Positions 61,267-64,000 of a stretch of DNA of 64,000 bases are shown here, one piece after another. Position 1 is the stretch's first letter. Every line of letters begins with the position of its first letter. The position numbers and the translations under genes were made by a program. The notes below the pieces were generated by a model. The model did not search any database. It was not told the DNA's origin and saw nothing but the letters and a program-made list of their open reading frames with translations. Source of the stretch: Heteronotia binoei (Eukaryota); NCBI RefSeq assembly GCF_032191835.1, contig NC_083231.1, forward strand, positions 22,444,001 to 22,508,000. The letters are read 5' to 3'.

Positions 61267-61592
61267 CAGGGATGGAATTCTAGCAGGAGCTCCTTTGCAT
61301 ATTAGGCCACACACCCCTGATGTAGCCAATCCTCCAAAATGCACAGCAGCCAAGAAGGTCAGAATGCCTGCTCCGGCTGCAACGCCACTGAGGATGTTCT
61401 CCGCAGCTGAGAACGAAACGTCTGGAAGAAAAACTTTCTCCAGTAGAACACGACACTTGAGCCCGAAAGATTCTTCAAACCCTAATCCTCCAAAAGCTTA
61501 CAAAAAAGAGCCTTGTAAGCTCTTGGAGGATTGGCTACATCAGGGTGTGTGGCCTAATATGCAAAGGAGCTCCTGCTAGAATTCCACTCCTG
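61267..61592. mobile_element. Palindromic hAT MITE with a central insert
   Basis: ~70-bp inverted arms (CAGGGATGGAATTCTAGCAGGAGCTCCTTTGCATATTAGGCC...). Perfect 8-bp TSD GATTTAGA. Confidence 0.85.
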
Positions 61593-62324
61593 GATTTAGA
61601 AGAATATGGCGGGGGGGGGGGGGACCTATTTCCCTCCCCTCACAGCTTAGCCTTCATGAGTCCAGCCCAACCAACCACCATACAGCCCTGTGGCAGCAGC
61701 CTGGAGAAGCTCCCATTGCCAGCTGCTGCCAGGCCTTGAACAGCTCCCAGCACCCACTGCAGCAGGGCCCAGAGTGCCCCCTGGCATCCACCACGGCAGG
61801 ACATGGAGCAGCTCTGCCATCTGCTTCCTCTACATCGGGGCCTAGAGTAGTTTTTGGCATCTGCCACCGCCAGACTCCAGGGCTCTGTCACAGTTCCCAA
61901 TTGCCACTGAAGAAGCAAGGTTTTTTGTTTATTAATTTTAAAACAAATTCTTCTACTTTGGGGGAAATGTACGTGTTTTAGGTTTTTCTGCAGACCTGGG
62001 GAGTGCCCCAAGTTTGCTGAAAAATTTGTTGCGTCTCCCTGTAGCCCCAGTCGGCAGATTTAGCTATCCCACTGGGGGCCACGCTGAGCTAATAGTATAT
62101 AGATACTCTACTTACGAGGACACCGCTAGAAAAATTCAGATTTGTCACATACAGAAAAAGAGGAACACGCTGACTACGGATCTTGAAATGTTTTAATGTA
62201 ATCACAATTATTTCTACTTTACTTGTTGGGCATGAATATTTATATTACCAATTATATTGAATTATTCTCTCTATTTAAAGTAACAGATCAATCATTGCCA
62301 TTATCATAATTAGTACTTCAGGAC

Positions 62325-62469
62325 CTTCATGTTGCCGTTTTCAATTAACTGCAAGTAATCCCTGGAACCAGGAGCTGAAGTGATATATCCTAGAAACACA
62401 ATGTGCTTGGAGCTGTTCTTCAATAGATGGGAAACAGAGATTGCTTGAAGCTTTCTGTCCAAGTCTTCT
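62325..62469 (-). CDS. CWH43: CWH43 exon (145 bp)
   Basis: TTTCAG|..|GT, phase 2 to 0. [48 protein letters not shown]. Phases chain correctly through the three downstream exons. Confidence 0.92.
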
Positions 62470-62582
62470 CTGAAAGCAGCAGATAACATTATTTTTAATC
62501 TTCCTTCTAGAGAAGAGGCCATGTACAGTTAATATTACCAGTACAATAAATAAACACAGAATGTTTATTTATTGATCATATC

Positions 62583-62782
62583 TAGGGCTTTTGGGGTAGA
62601 AAAAGCCCAACAGGAACTCATTTGTATATTAGGCCACACCTCCTGACATCACCCTTATTTCACATAGGGCTTTTTTGTAGAAAAAGCCCAGCAGGAGCTC
62701 ATTTACATATTAGGCCACTGCCCCTGGCACCAAGCCAGCCGGAACTACATTCCTGTGCATTCCTGCTAAAAAACCGGCTCTG
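62583..62782. mobile_element. hAT MITE, same family as 3444-3693
   Basis: TAGGGCTTTT...CTCTG termini. Flanks ATCATATC/ATCATATT. Confidence 0.7.
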
Positions 62783-62949
62783 ATCATATTTGTCCTAGGC
62801 CTTTTCCAAAAAATTCAGGATGGCATACATAGGGCTCAGAGCAAACCAAATGAAATGTATTTGTGATCTTCCCAAAGCTGCACACTGGTTTTCAAGGCTG
62901 AGTAGAGATTTGACAACTAGCTTAGAGTGGAGTAAATCTGTTAGGTCTC

Positions 62950-63010
62950 CCCCAGGAAGGAACCTGGACCTTCTGCATGCCAAGCAGTTGTTCTACCACT
63001 GAGCCACACC
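62950..63010 (-). mobile_element. tRNA-derived SINE head fragment
   Basis: GTGGCTCAGTGGTAGAACAACTGCTTGGCATGCAGAAGGTCCAGGTTCC. Confidence 0.7.
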
Positions 63011-63624
63011 CCTTCTTAATTCTACTGCAAACCCACCAACAGTTCACAGATGAACAGAGAGACACCTGTATATTTGGATCTCTCCCCATTCTTACACACC
63101 AATCTGTTCTCCCTGCCAGTGCTCCTATGCTTTCCTGAAAGCCATTCTTGACTGCATGCATTTATTCTGCAATGGCTTGTCTTGCATGAATGTCTACAGC
63201 ATGGGGTGAGTGTAACAGTTTTAAAATGTTGGTGGGGGGGAGATAATAGAAAGGTTTATTTCAGAATCTGGTTGTAGAACAGCTGCAACACAAAACACAT
63301 TCAGCAACATTTTCATAGTCAGTTGCAAGGGACAGAGGGGAAGCTGATAAAGAAGCACATGTGCTCAGAGCAAGCAATTTTATTTTAAAATAACTATGGT
63401 ATTCTCAAAATCTTTCCAAAAAGGTAAAATAGGGAGAAAAGAACAGCAATTCAATAGTAACAGGCATGCATAATATAAGCTGTTCCTGATAAACAGGGAC
63501 AGTTGGAGTGTATATCACTATTATTCCTAGCTAGCGACTCCCTAAACATGGCTGCATAGTACCAATGCCCATCATCACACTGCCTGATGGATATCCATTG
63601 TCTGACCCAGAGCATTTACTTTGA

Positions 63625-64000
63625 TGTGACAGCACTCCGTTCGGGGTCTCAAAACATCCTTAAGATCCCCGGTCCGAAAGAGGCTCGACTGTCCGGCACT
63701 AGAGCCAGAGCGTTTTCAGTAATGGTGCCTGTTTTCTGGAATGCCCTCCCTGAAGACATCAGGGCCCTGCGAGACCTGCCGCAGTTCTACAGGGCCTGTA
63801 AGACTGAATTATTTAAGCTTGCTTTTAACAGTTGAAGGGAGGTAGCTATTACTCCATGGTACCGACAATCCCACTGAATTTTATAACTGAAACAAGACCA
63901 TCAGAGAAATTAGAAATGCAAATCTTGGTTTTTGGATTGTACATTGTATGAATGATTTTGTGTATTTTGTTTTTAATGTTTATGTGGTTTAATTTGTTGT
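63625..64000 (+). mobile_element. L2 LINE 3' fragment
   Basis: LRSGSQNILKIPGPKEARLSGTRARAFSVMVPVFWNALPEDIRALRDL. Confidence 0.85.

Noticed and set aside
62310-62522. ORF 62310-62522 as a stand-alone gene or terminal exon
   Set aside because: It is an internal CWH43 exon read through its donor. Downstream exons continue the protein in phase.

Overview
Vertebrate (squamate, most likely gecko) genomic DNA, judged from Squam3-type and Sauria SINEs. It is dominated by transposable elements. Two host loci lie on the minus strand. (1) The last four coding exons of an apparently intact CWH43 (PGAP2-interacting protein) gene at 62469-58441. (2) Downstream of it, a ~43 kb intron-containing, decayed LONRF-family (TPR/RING/LON) pseudogene at 52863 to ~9330. 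It keeps a CpG island and appears to carry an internally duplicated TPR-RING block. Its introns hold a nested TE pile. An Ngaro/DIRS tyrosine-recombinase retroelement is interrupted by an L2, an L1/SINE fragment and a full-length hAT transposon, and is joined at its 5' side to an intronless LBR fragment. An L1 contains both a young, nearly intact Ty1/Copia element (516-bp LTRs, TGCTG TSD, half-tRNA-iMet PBS, one homopolymer frameshift) and an ORF1-only L1 with its own TSD. There is also a near-intact full-length L1, three solo LTRs, hAT MITEs, SINEs and a 146-N assembly gap. No true RNA genes or CRISPR arrays were found. All protein comparisons are by eye against family sequences recalled from memory; no search was run, so they need BLAST/HMM confirmation.
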